Origin: Cyanophora paradoxa CCMP329
Taxonomy: Eukaryota; Plantae; Glaucophyta
DNA length: 64,000 nucleotides
Reading direction: 5' to 3'
NCBI GenBank assembly: GCA_004431415.1
Contig: QPMI01000198.1
Coordinates: 82,740-146,739, forward strand
The translations under genes and the position numbers were made by a program. Each line of letters starts with the position of its first letter. Position 1 is the first letter of the stretch. Below the pieces are notes generated by a model, which worked only from the letters and a program-made list of their open reading frames with translations, did not search any database and had not been told where the DNA came from. Below are positions 50,165-62,149 of the stretch, piece after piece.

Positions 50165-50960
50165 AAATCGGCCGGGCTCTGGTCGGGGAGGGGGGGGGAA
50201 GGGGGGAGGGGGGGAAGCGCGGCTAGGTGCGGGTCTTGCAAGGCGTACCCGGCCCTCTCGACTTGCCGGATTTCGAGAGCGGTTTCCGAAGTGGCTCCGT
50301 ACCCCTGACCATACGGTACATAGACCTGGAATCGGCCGAGCTCTGGTCGGGGGAGCTCGAGTAGGGGGGGTAGAGGGTGAGGCCGCAAGGGTACCAGACG
50401 GACAAGGTCGCAAAAGACGCCGTTCCCCACACCCTCGGCAGAGCGACCAGAGCTCGGCCGATTTCAGGCCTAGAAAGAGGGGGCAGAACGATCTGTACCC
50501 CTCTTTCGCCGCCGACCAGAGCTCGGCCGATTTCAGGCCTAGAAAGGGGGGCAGAACGATCTGTACCCTTCTTTCGCCGCCGACCAGAGCTCGGCCGATC
50601 CCAGGTCTAGAAGAGGGGGACAGAACGATCTCGGCCTTTATCTTGAGGCTGTACCCCCCGATCGCGTGGTGCATCTAGACCGGGGATTGGCCGAGCTCTG
50701 GTCAGTGCACGTGGTGGGGGGGGAATTCAAAGGGGTTATATATAGAGGGGAAGGGTTGAAGGAAACCGGTATACCCCCCTCCCCTCCCCTCCCCTCCCCC
50801 TCCCCCCCCCAAGGCCCGCAGACTGCAGAAGATCCAACCAGAGCTCGGCCGATTTCGCGACCAAATATAAAGGGGGCAAGGTTAAGAGAGCGCGTCAAAG
50901 ACCACTACCCCTCAGAATCACCACAACTAGACCTGGAATCGGCCGAGCTCTGGTCAGCGG
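50165..50960. repeat. Left array part A: dispersed copies of the CAGAGCTCGGCCGAT core, including a 68-69-bp tandem repeat x3 (50444-50636) with an internal hairpin
   Basis: Unit CGACCAGAGCTCGGCCGATTTCAGGCCTAGAAAGAGGGGGCAGAACGATCTGTACCCCTCTTTCGCCGC starts at 50444, 50513 and 50581; stem GAAAGAGGGG/CCCCTCTTTC. Further core copies in both orientations near 50168, 50331, 50686, 50838 and 50938. Confidence 0.9.
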
Positions 50961-50982
50961 GGGGAGAGGGGATCCCGCCCCC

Positions 50983-52100
50983 TAATCGGCCGAGCTCTGC
51001 GCAGGGACTGCTGCCGCCAGGGCTGCGCGGTGCCGGACGCTTCCTGATCCGTACCCCCGCCCGCTCCCCCCCCCTCCTCTTCCTCCCCCTGCACAGAGCT
51101 CGGCCGATCGCGGCTCTATGAGCGGCGGCGGCAGAGGTGCGTACCCCTCTCTGTCTACCTCGCCCCCTAATCGGCCGAGCTCTGCGCAGGGGGCCGCTGC
51201 CGCCGAGGGTAGGGCGATACCGGACGCTTCCTGATCCGTACCCCCGTCCGCTCCGCCCCTCTCCCCCTTGCCCCCCCTGCACAGAGCTCGGCCGATCGCG
51301 GCTCTATGAGCGGCGGCGGCAGCGGTGCGTACCCCTCTGTCCGTTTTTCGCCTCTCTCTCTCGTCCCGTAATCGGCCGAGCTCTGCGCAGGGGGCCGCTG
51401 CCGCCGAGGGTAGGGCGATACCGGACGCTTCCTGATCCGTACCCCCGTCCGCTCCGCCCCTCTCCCCCTTGCCCCCCCTGCACAGAGCTCGGCCGATCGC
51501 GGCTCTATGAGCGGCGGCGGCAGCGGTGCGTACCCCTCTGTCTGTTCTCGCCCTCGCTCTCGTCCCGTAATCGGCCGAGCTCTGCGCAGGGGGCCGCTGC
51601 CGCCGAGGGTAGGGCGATGCCGGACGCTTCCTGATCCGTACCCCGCCCGCTCCGCCCCTCTCCCCCTTGCCCCCCTTGCACAGAGCTCGGCCGATCGCGG
51701 CTCTATGAGCGGCGTCGGGAGAGTGCGTACCCCTCTGCTTAGTTCTCGCGCCCTTTGTCCCGTAAATCGGCCGAGCTCTGCGCAGGGGGCCGCTGCCGCC
51801 GAGGGTAGGGCGATGCCGGACGCTTCCTGATCCGTACCCCCGCCCGCTCCGCCCTCCCCCTCTTTCTCCCCCTGCACAGAGCTCGGCCGATAGCGGCTCT
51901 ATGATCGGCGGCCGCACAGGTGCGTACCCCTCTGCCTGTTCTCGCCCTCTCTCTCGCCCCGTAATCGGCCGAGCTCTGCGCAGGGGGCCGCTGCCGCCGA
52001 GGGTAGGGCGATACCGGACGCTCACCTTGATCCGTACCCCCGTCCGCTCCGCCCCCCCCCCCTTGCCCCCCTGCACAGAGCTCGGCCGATCGCGGCTCTA
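50983..52100. repeat. Left array part B: six tandem ~185-201-bp units, each containing a 23-bp inverted repeat
   Basis: Units start at 50983, 51168, 51369, 51568, 51763 and 51962. Each has ATCGGCCGAGCTCTGCGCAGGGG ... CCCCTGCACAGAGCTCGGCCGAT around a conserved spacer. Confidence 0.95.
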
Positions 52101-52453
52101 CGAGGCGACGGCGGCAGGGTTCGAAAATCCCCCAGGCACCTCGCAACCGCATGTCGATTGTTTGAAAGAGAAAAAAAACATTCTTGATCACGAAAATGCC
52201 CTCACGCGCGCTCTGGGGCCGGCGCCGGCGCCGCGCGCGCCAAACTGCAGCGACCCCACTCGAGAGCCCCGCGTGCATTGAGCCTGTACGTCCACTAGCT
52301 CGAGCTGGCTCCCACGGTTATGCGTAAAGCCGGAAACGAGAGCACGCGCGCGTGCGCGCGTCTCGGTTCGATTCTCAGTCCCACACCGCACATGTACACG
52401 TGCACAAAAAACTCCACGCACTTTTGATGCGCTCGGCACAATATACTCTCTGC

Positions 52454-53022
52454 TCACGAGATCGCCGACAGAACATTGCCGGCGGCGGCGCGAATCTTGC
52501 CGGTGCGGAGCATCGTGAGGAAAAGGGGGACCATCCCGAGGACGACGCGCTCGTACAGGTCCAGGTGCAAAATGTCGACTCCCTGGCACGACAGCAGCTC
52601 GAACCAGAGCTCCACGGGAAAGACGACGTACGCCAGATCTAGATCGGAGGAGGTGGCCAGCGGGCCCTGGGCGGCGCGTGCGCGCGGGGCCAAGATCGCG
52701 TCGACGCGGTCCGCAAAGGCGCGCCCGAGCACGTTCTCGAGTTGGACGAGACCCTCCGAATACTTTTTGGCGCTCGCCGCGAACAGGCCCGTCACGATGG
52801 GGAGGATGCGCTCCGCGGTCGGCCGGAGCGTCTGGAGCGCGTCGTCCGTCTCGCGCGCGGGACCTTGCCGCCCTTGGCCTTGGTCGCGAGGGCGACGATG
52901 TCGCTGTCGTAGAGGTTGCGGTCCTCGTCGTCGTAGTTGTAGTGGATAAAGTCGCTGACCAGCTCTCCCATGTCGATCAGGACGCTGCGACGAGGGTGCT
53001 GGCAGGGCTGGGCGGCGGCCAT
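52454..53022 (-). CDS. Intronless orphan helical protein, ~190 aa (one frameshift near 52860)
   Basis: MAAAQPCQHPRRSVLIDMGELVSDFIHYNYDDEDRNLY.. continues after a frame change into ..TAERILPIVTGLFAASAKKYSEGLVQLENVL..VFPVELWFELL..NVLSAIS*. Confidence 0.55.
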
Positions 53023-53470
53023 ACTTGAGCTTGTTCTCGGTTCTTGACGATGTGAAAGAATGGCCGCATCGCGCACCTGCTCGTCGTTTTGGGAGACCAG
53101 AGGACCCTTTTGTTTGAATCGGGCCCCTCTACATTGCTGCGCTCAACCAACTCGGTGCGCCAGAGGGTACCCCTCGCCCCCACCCGCCGCCCCCCATGGC
53201 CAGCCCCGCTCACTTGGGGCCCCGCGGCCGTCCATCTGCCCTCGCCCGCCCCGGCCCCGCGCCCCCGGCCCACCGTGGCGCAAAGGAGCACGCAAAACAA
53301 ACTTGGATTAATCGCATGTACATGTGAACCACAGAAGACACTATATAGCTATCATAGTACTAGTATCGATATCGAACGAGAAGACTCTGAGAATCGGCGG
53401 CGCGGGAGAAAAACGCACACGAGAGTGCACGGTGCGCCGCTCAGCGCTAGCGGGTCACACGTGCAGCGTA

Positions 53471-55281
53471 CTATACGGTAGGCTGCGAGTCGCCGGGGAA
53501 GAACGTGAGCGTGTAGTTGTGCCGTTCGCCTTCGACGGTGCAGTAGCGGTCGCGCAGCCACTCGCAGGTCGGCTTAAACGTGTTGTGCTGCAGATGGGTG
53601 CTGATCGACGCCGCAAACGGGCCGCCCTGACCCGTCAGCCTCCCGATCTCCGACCACTGGATGTACCGGACGACGCTGAACGGCGCGGGGGCGTCCTGGT
53701 CCTCTCCGAACGCGAGCGCCGCCACGCCGTGCAGTCCGACGGCTCCCAGCGGGCGGATGGAGCGCGCGTCCAGCAGGCCGCTGGCCACGGGTACCTCGAA
53801 ATACTCCAGGTCGCGGGCGTAGGGCGTCACGGAGACGAGAAAGGGGCGATCGACGCCGGTTCCTTCGAACTCGAACTGGCCGGCGGCCTGGTAGATGAAG
53901 TTCCAGTCGCCGACGGGCGTGACGCAGCCGTACGACTTGCCCTCGCAGGGCATGTGCAGCTCGATCATGGTGGGGCGACCAGCGCCGCTGCCAGCGAGGT
54001 AGTACATGTACATGGACGCGCTCCGGATGCTGCCCACGTTCCGAGCCGCGTGGAGGAGCCAGTTCTCGCCCAGACCGACGGCAAAGGCCTCTGCGGGCTC
54101 GGCGCCGCAGACGATCCACCAGCCCTGGCGCGCAGCGCCGCCCGAGAGCCGCACCGATGCGATGAACTCGACAAAGGCCTCCTCGCGGGCGGCGGGTTCG
54201 TCGACGCTGGAATCGTCCTCCATCATGTCGACTTCGTCCGCACCGCCCATCTCCATACCGCTGCGCAACACCTTGACCCGCACCAGCACGGCGTTGCCGC
54301 GCGCGTTCCACGTCAGGCTCGCGTCGCACTCGTGCAGGGGCACGTCGCTCCAGTCGCCGAGGGCCGAGGGGTCCCCGGAGCCGTCCACCTCGGCGAGCTC
54401 GTGGGAGAGCCGCGCGCGCGCCGCTGTCGAGTGCAGGGGGCCGGCGTCGGCCGCGGGCGCCGCGGCGGCGCCCTCTGCAGACTCGCCAGAGCCCACGAAG
54501 CGGACGAGGACGCGGCCGCCCGCGGAGCCGCCGTCGCCGGCGACGCTGCAGATCGCGACGCGCGAGGCGTCGGGAGAGGGGCGGCACGCCACCACGCCGG
54601 CGACCGCCGCGCCGACGTCGACGGTCGAGACGCCGCCGTCGGCGGACCAGACGAGCCAGCCGCGCTCGCCGCCGAGCACGATCGTCCCGTCGCCGGCAAT
54701 GGAGACGGAACCGCGAGCAAAGTCGCGGATGGGGAACCCGGCCGGGATCTGCAGGGCGTCGCCGAACCCGCCCGGCCCGTAGCGGACGATGGCGCCTCGC
54801 GGGGCGAGGTCCTCGGCCGCCGCCGCCGCCGCCGCCGGGGGAAGAGGATGCACACCCAGCGGCCCTCGCTCCCGGGCTCTGTCGGGAGGGCAAAGGTCGC
54901 GTCGAGGCCGCCGAGGCGCGACGGGATCGGGATCTCCGCCCCGCGACCGCGCCCCGCGATGAGACGGAGGCGGGCGCCGCGCGACGCGCCGGGCCCTCCG
55001 AGCAGCAGGGCGAGCGCGTCGTCGACGGCGAGGGCGTCGAACCAGCCGCTGGAGACGTCCGAGGTGCCGATCGCAAAGGAGCGGGACTGCTGGCACACGG
55101 TGAGCATCTTGAGGCGGTCCTCGCGCCCGAGGTAGTTCAGGATCGCCTCGGACAGGTCGGCCGGGAGGGATTCCATCCGTTTGCAGAACTCGCTCTCCGC
55201 GGCGCCGTGGACAAAGGGTTTCTCGACGAGGCGGGGCGCGCCGGCAGCGGTCATCGTGGCGAGGTTTGCGTTGGTGGCCAT
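53471..55281 (-). CDS. Intronless F-box protein with C-terminal beta-propeller-like domain, ~600 aa (one frameshift near 54840)
   Basis: F-box pattern MESLPADLSEAILNYLGREDRLKMLTVCQQSR in ORF 54313-55281. Beta-strand blades (VSIAGDGTIVLG, CRPSPDASRVAIC, LTWNARGNAVLV) in ORF 53471-55096. Confidence 0.7.
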
Positions 55282-55489
55282 CGTCGCCGTAGAGTCCAGT
55301 TAATGTTCGTGACCTGCGAAAGAGGAGGAGAAGAGAGTGAGCGCAGCGGCGCGGGCGAGGCTTTTATCGACGCCGAGGCCCGATTCGAGCGAAAGAGCGG
55401 CGGGCAAAAAAAAACCAAGTCGGGAGAAAGCAAAAACGCAGCGGCGCGCTTTCAAAGGACTCGGCGAGGCCGCGCATCGAATTTCGCAT

Positions 55490-58400
55490 TCACGCAGGGG
55501 GAGCGGGGGTAGGTGCCGGGGCGGGGCGGGGGGGAAGGGCCAAGAGGGGTACGCCAAAGTGCTGAAAGGTGGAGCGGGGTACGAAGAGGAGCATCTTCGC
55601 CCCGCACGAGCGCGGCCCGCGGGCGACGCGCGGGCGCGCGAGGTCCTCGGGCAGGAGCCGCGCCGCGCCGTCCACGAAGAGGCTGATGCCCGAGGTGTCG
55701 GAGCCCGTGCGCGCCACGTCGATTCCGGACGAGGGAGCGTGCGGCGCTCCTGGGGAGGTCCCGCGCAAAGATCGACGTGTACGCAAACCCGACGCAGGGT
55801 CCGGCCCCTCCCGCCCCTCCACGATGGGGCACCACTCCGAGGCGCGCTGGGCGGGGCGCCGGCGGCCTCGGCGAGGCGGCAGAGGAGCCAGGTCGCGTCC
55901 TCGGTGGGGAGGGCGGGAGACTCCTCCGCGGCGGGGAAGCCGAGGCCATCCCGCGCCGCCCCGTCGTCCATCGCGAGGGCGGCGCGCGCCAGGTCCGCGC
56001 GCAGAGCGCCGCGACGTCGGGTCGGCGCCGGCGCCGAGGGCGGCGCGATCGGGGCGAGGGCCTCGGGGGCCTCGGAGGCGGCGGCGCGCGCCAGGACCTC
56101 TGCGTAGGGCGACGCGCGGGAGGCCCCGTCCCCTCCTCCTCCCCGTCGCCGGCCCCGCGCCAGCAGCGGGCGGCGTCCTCGCCGAGGACCGCGCGCGCCG
56201 CCTGCGAGAAGAAGACCGCCGAGTGCACGCCCGACTTGAGGAGCCGGAAGACGCGCTGCGCCGCGTCGCTCGGGCGGGGGCGGGCCCCCGCCTCTGCCGG
56301 CGCGCCCGGGGCGCCACCCTCGCCGCCCTCGCCGCCGCCGCCGCCCGCGCCCGCCGCCCGGAGCTTGGACTTTGGATCCTGGACGAGCGCGATCTGGAGG
56401 AGCGCACGCCGGCCGCCAGGAGCGCCCCGAGCGTCGCGTCGGGCGGGACGTCCCGCGGCCGTCCCGATCGCGCCCGTAGAGGCGCAGGCCGAGGAGGACG
56501 GTCTCGGGTCGAAGCAGTAGCGCGTGCGCTTGACGGTCCTGCGCGCGCCGCCCCGCACCACGCGCCGCGCGTCGGCCGCCGCGACGAGCACGCCGAGGCC
56601 CAGCTGCTCCGCGGCGTGGACGACGAGGTCGTGCAGGAGGCGCCGCGCGCAGTCCCCGATCGGGGAGGGGCGGCCCCCTTGTTGCGCTTCTCCGGGCGGA
56701 GGCACTCGAGCTGCAGAGCTCGGCGCACTGCCAGCGGAGGCGTCGGCGCGGTACGCGGCGATCGCGAGTAGGGATCGCGATCCGCTCCCACGCCGCGCGG
56801 CAGGCGTCCGCAAAGAGCCGCCCGAGGGGCCCGTCGGTAAAGATGCCACCCTCCTCGATCGCCTCGCCGAGCCCGCGCAGGCGCGCCGCGCCGCAGTCCT
56901 CCGGCCCCTCCCACGTCGCCCAGAAGAGGTAACGGAGGCCGCCGCGACGTCGCTCGCCGCCGCCGCCGCGCCGCCGCCGGGCGGGACGCGCGCGCCGAGC
57001 AGCTCAAAGAGCCGCAGGGCGCTCTCAAAGGGGCGGCGCCGCTCGCGGTGGTCCGGGAGGAGCGTCGCGCTCTCCTCGTCGGGGGCCGCCCCGAGGCGAG
57101 GTACGGGAGGGTGTCGAGGGCGAACCGCTTGGAGAGGCGGAAGATCTCCGCCGCGGGCTCTGCTCCGAGAGGCGGACCTCGGCGACGCCCACCTGCTCGG
57201 GCCGCAGCCCGAAGCGCGCGGCGGCCTTTTCGCGCTTCCAGGCGCGCCGCGCCGCGTCGGAGACCTCCACCGTGGACGTCCCGTACTCCATGGCCCCCGG
57301 ATCGCCTTGGCGCAGTCGTAGCCCAGCAGCCGCGGCGCGGCGACGATGGGGAGGAGCCGCTCGCGCGCCTCGACCTCGGCCGCCAGGGGACGGCAGAGTC
57401 CGAGTACCCCTCCGGCATCCAGGGAGGCCCCCCGCCGCCGGCGCCGCCGGCGCGCTCGGCCCGCGCGCGCGCCGCCCTTGGGCTTCTTCGGGGGCTGGGC
57501 AGGGGGTACACGTAGAGGCCCTCGTTGCCGAGCGAGCGGAGCTTCAGGTGAAACGCCAGCATGGGGCACGCGTGCGTCGCGTTCCGGAGCGCCGTGCGGA
57601 CGGCCCGCACGCGGAGGTAGTGCTCCTCGGTCGCCACGCGCCTCTCCGCGGGGAGCCGCTCGTTCCACGCGCGCACCGAGTCCACCAGCTCGCCGTAGAT
57701 CGCCCGCCAGTCGACGGGGGCGTGCAGGGGCCGCCCCTGCCGGTCGGGGAGGGGGCCTTGCGGGGAACCGGCAGAAGAAAAAGGCGTCGGGCCCGATCAC
57801 GTGACGGCGGCGGCGGACGAGCTGAAAGCCGGCGTTGACGTCGGCGGTCCGCCCCTCCTCGATGTAGGCGACAAAGTTGGCGGCGGCCCGCTGGAAAAGT
57901 CGGTGCCCTGGGCATCGCGTAGTTGGAAGCGTAGCAGAGGGCGGAGCAGACGTAGTCCGAGTCCGTCATCGTCTGCCTCGCGCGCCGGTCCGCGTCGGCG
58001 TACAGGAACTCGCAGCGGCGCCCGGAGAGCCGCATGTGGCGCCGCACGATGGACTCGATCTCCCAGAGGGCGCGCCGCGTCGAGCAGGCGATGTAGCCGA
58101 CCTCGCCGGCGAGGAGCTTGGCGGCGATCACGGCGGCGGCGTAGCGAATGTCGATGGCCGTCCAGCGCAGGCGCGCGTCGTTGCTGCCGCGCTTGAGGTA
58201 CGAGATGACGTCGCCCCCGGGCGGCGCGCGGCGTAGAGGGCGGCGTCCTCGTCCAGCAGGTCGGCGTCGGCGACGATCACGAGCGCCGGCGCCTCCAGCG
58301 CCCTGTCGAACCAGGCGACCGTCTGCGCGTGGTGCTCGGGCCCCTTGAACGGCCCGCCCGTCGTGAGGGTCGTGAGGGCCCGCGCCCCTCGTCGACGATG

Positions 58401-61400
58401 ACGACGTCAAAGTCGCCCTCGAGCCGGCGGCCGCTCTGCACCGTGCACATGACGAACGAGGCGTCGGCGAGCTCCTCGGGGCGGGCCTCCTTGTAGACGG
58501 TCCAGGCGACCGGCACGCGCTCGCCCGACGCCGAGGGGTAGGAGAGGGCCGCGAAGCGGGGGTCCTTGACGAGGATGTCGGGCTGAACTCGCCCCGCCGT
58601 CACGTAGAGGACGCGGGGCGGCGCGCCGGGGACGCTGGGGAGCCCACGAGCGTCGGGTCGTCCAGCACCGCCTGCAGGATCCCCGGGGGCCCGGCCCCGC
58701 CGCGCCCTCGCGGCCCCCCACGCACGTCTCCGTCTTGCCGCTCCGGTCTCTGCCCGCACAAAGATCGTCTTCCTCCGCCGTCGAGGCGCGCGAGGATGGG
58801 GGCCGGCTGCAGAAGCGCTGGGCCCCGGGCCCGCCGGCTCGTCGATGTCGATCCAGCGTCGGGCGACGGGATCAAAGTCCGCCGGGATCGCGAGGGGCCG
58901 GGAGAGCTCGGGAGGCGGAGGGCAGCGCGCCACGTCGCGAGGTCCGGCAGCATGGCGCGCAGCCGCGCCGCCGGCCCGCCGGTCGCGCCGTCCTCGAGGG
59001 GAAAGGAGCCGGGGCCCGACGCCGCGGGCCGGACGCGCCGCTCGGGCCGCCGTCGGAGGGAGCGCCGCGCGGCGCCGAGCGTGCGCAGCCACGCGACGAC
59101 GGCATCGAGGTAGTCGACGGCGCCCTGAGGGAGCTCCGCCCAGTACGGGTTGCGGGCCGTCGCGCCAAAGGTGCCGGCGCCCATGGACTTGGCCTGCTCG
59201 GGGAAGAGCCGGAGGGAGAACATGTCCACCTCGTCCTCGCGAGGCGGAGCTCGGTCGCGTCGTCCTCGCCGAGCTCCAGCGGCCCGCAGGCCAGCGCCCG
59301 CCGCACGCCGCCGCGCCGCACGCCCGGACGCGCACCTGACCGCGCTCCTCGCCTCCCCGCTCGTCTGGTCGATGAAGAGCTTCCCTTGCGGTGACCGCAG
59401 CTCCAGCAGGGACGCGGACAAAGTAGGAGCGGCCTCGACGTGCGAGGCGACGCGGACGGGGGGCAGCGCCCCGCCGGCCGCTGCGGGAGGGCGGGGGCGG
59501 CCGGCGCCGGCGCCGCCCGCGCGCACCGTCCTGGGGCCCGTCCCCCTGCCCCCTCCCCCTCTGCCGCCGCCGCTGCCGCCTGCGCCTCTGCCGCCGCCGC
59601 CGCCGCCGCCGCGCGCGCGAGCCTCTCCGCGAGCTGGAGGCTCCGGTCGGCGATGCGGGCGACGGTGGCGTGGAGCCCCAGGAGCGCCGCGTCGGCCTGG
59701 GCGAGGGTCGAGGCGCCGCCAAAGGCGCCCGGCTGGGCCCACGCGAGGGCGCCCAGGAGCGGCTCGCCGGCGCAGCGGAGCGAGTAGCAGTGCGCCGTCG
59801 CGGCGAGGACGCCGGGGATGCGCTCTCCGCCACCCACATGCTCGTCTCCACGCGCTCGTGGTCCGGCCGTGGGGGCAGAGCTCGCCCCCGTCCGCGTCGG
59901 GCGGCGAAACAAAGTGGGAGATCGAGGGGCCGCCGCGGCCGCGCGGCCGCGGCGGGGGCGGCGCTCCAGCCCCGCCCGCGCCCGCCCCGCACGCGAGGAG
60001 CCCGAGCGCTCCACCACGCCCTCGCTGATCGTCGCCTCGTCCTCGGCGTCCCGTCCTCCGCATTCCCGCCCTCCTCCTCCTCCTCCTCTTCTCGCCCTCC
60101 GATCGAGCGTCGGCGGCGCCGGGGGCCCGGGGGGCGCGCGGGGCTTGGGCGGCGGAGGCGGGCGCCGTCCGCGGGGCCGCCACGTGGAGGGTGTGCTTGG
60201 GGCGATCTCGCGCGCGAGCTCGCGCAGCCAGCGCCACTCGTCGCTGTTCCACGCGACGAGGAGCGGGTCGGGCCGCGTGGCGTGCAGGCGGACGTCGCCG
60301 CGATCGCCGCGTCGTCGACGGCCTCCAGGGGTACCGCCACGGGGTAGTAGGAGGTCCAGCGTGGCGGTGCTCGTCGGAGCGGCAGCGCTGTTGACGCGGA
60401 ACGGCGCGAGGTCCAGGACGCCCTCCTTTCCAGCTGCTCCACCATCGCCCGATCCCGCGCTCCTCCGCAAACGGGACGACGACGCGCTCAAAGCCTCGCG
60501 CCCCTCCACCGTCCCGCCTTGTACATGCCGGGGACGCGCCGCGGCCAGCGGCGCGCGTGGCCTTGGACCAGAAGGAGCGGCGGAGGCGGCTCTTCTCCCC
60601 TGCGGGACCGACGGTCGCGCAGCGCCGCCGCCGAGTCCTCCTCGAGCCGCTTGAGCTTGGCGCGCACGATGCCCACCACTGGTCGAGGTCCTCCTTGGCG
60701 TACACGGCGGCGCCGGGCCCCTCGACCGCCGCGACGAGGTCGGCGTCGCGCACGTAGACGTGGAAGCCCTTAAGGCCGAGAAGACGACGAGGACGGCGAC
60801 GCCGCGCGCCTGGAGGGCCGGGCAAAGTCGCGCGCGCGGCGGGCGACGCCGAGGATCTCGGGACCTCGGTCCAGTAACTGGGCGAGGGTCTCGCACCGCG
60901 CCAGCACGCCGGCGAGGTACTCTTTCTTGGCGTTCTTCAGCTGCTCCCTCCGAGCGAGCCGCCCTCCAGCGCCTCGGGGAAGCGGATGTTGGGGACGTCA
61001 AAGTCAAAGACGTTGAACGCGCGGAGGGTGCGCCGGCGCCGCCCGCGTGCTCGACGAGGATCTGGGGCGAGATCTGGACGACGGCGCGGCGCGCGACCGG
61101 CGACTCGAGCCTCTCCACGTCGGCGGGCTGCAGGGGACGGCAAAGATCGCGTCGCGCGCGGCGCCCTTGCGCGGGTTGCTCTTGACGAGGACCGTGGTCC
61201 GCACGATCTGGTTCGCGGCGGGGGCGGGAGGGGCGCGCCGAGGGCGGCGCGGTCGCGCCCGCCGGCGCCTTGTCCTCCATCTCGAGGTCGCCCTCTGCAT
61301 CGGCGCCGGCGCCTCCTTGGGCGGCAGCGGCACCGCCGGCGGTGCCGCCCCTCGCGCTTGGCCTGCGCCGCGGCGGCGCACGGCGGCACCGCCTGCGGTG

Positions 61401-61522
61401 CCGCCCCCTCGCGCTTGATCGTGACTTGTGCGCTGCGTTGCACGGTGGCACGCCGGCGGTGCTACTCCGGTTCGGTCGCCGGTGGGACCCTCGGACGCAT
61501 CGTGGTCCGCCGGGCGTTTCAT
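55490..61522 (-). CDS. AEP primase-polymerase + UL52-type Zn finger + herpes UL9/OBP-like SF2 helicase fusion, ~2000 aa, intronless, many single-base frameshifts (pseudogene or assembly error)
   Basis: AEP motif I AFNVFDFDV (~60995-61020), motif II VVFS/GLKGFHVYV (~60750-60790) and possible motif III GVLDLAPF (~60400-60430). Zn finger LCPHGR/DH...HCYSLRC (~59770-59880). Walker A TIFVRAETG/SGKTE (~58725-58770), RVLYVT, VMCTVQS, Walker B FDVVIVDE (~58388-58412), UL9-like LVIVADADL, YIACST. Confidence 0.8.
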
Positions 61523-62149
61523 CGTGCAGTCGAGACTGACGCCCCGACCGATGGCGCCTTCTTTTATGGTTGGAGCGCCGCCGGCCGCGAGTCGCTCGAT
61601 TCGGTCCGTTGGGCCGAATCGGCGAGAGGGGAGGGGATGGAGGGGGGTGGGGTGGGGGGGGGGGAAGGGGCAAGAGCGAGGCGGGGCAAGGGAGATTTCA
61701 ATCTCTTGCATTCGCACACAACACATGTACAACTACAATGAGTTTCACATCGCCAACATCTCTCCGACTAGATACTACTGAGGATCGTCGCATGCTGTGT
61801 TTTAGAAACGATGCAAAATGAACGAAAGGTTCGAGGGTTTTCGTATCTAGCTAGCTTGCCGCCCCAGTAGGTTGGGCTACTGGCTCTCCCTCCCGTCGCC
61901 GCCGCCGTCGCTCCCGTGATGGTGTCGTGTCCTCCAATCCCGTCCTCTGGGGATGGCGTGAGGGAAGGGGCAGAGCGTAGAGGGAAGGAGGAGAGAAGGG
62001 AGGGATTGGGGGTAGCGGGCAAGGTGAGGGAGGGGGTACGGGGGAGGGGGAGGTCAAACGGCTAAATACCCCCGGGAATTCTCTAGGAGTAGAGGGGTGC
62101 CCCCACACCGGCCCGGCTCCCCCCGTACCCCCGCCAGCACCCTCTGGCA

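Noticed and set aside
50444-52100. CRISPR-like array (palindromic repeats at regular spacing)
   Set aside because: The intervening sequences are near-identical rather than unique spacers, there are no cas genes, and the context is eukaryotic.
50905-52281. Repetitive ORFs such as 50982-52076 (-)
   Set aside because: They are translations of the tandem array. Unit lengths are mostly not multiples of three and the frames shift between units.
53324-55135. 603-aa plus-strand ORF
   Set aside because: It is the antisense shadow of the F-box/propeller gene and has no motifs of its own.
55490-61522. Helitron or Polinton/Maverick assignment for the helicase element
   Set aside because: The helicase motifs are SF2/UL9-like, not PIF1 or D5/SF3. 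No HUH Rep, protein-primed PolB, integrase or capsid motifs were seen.
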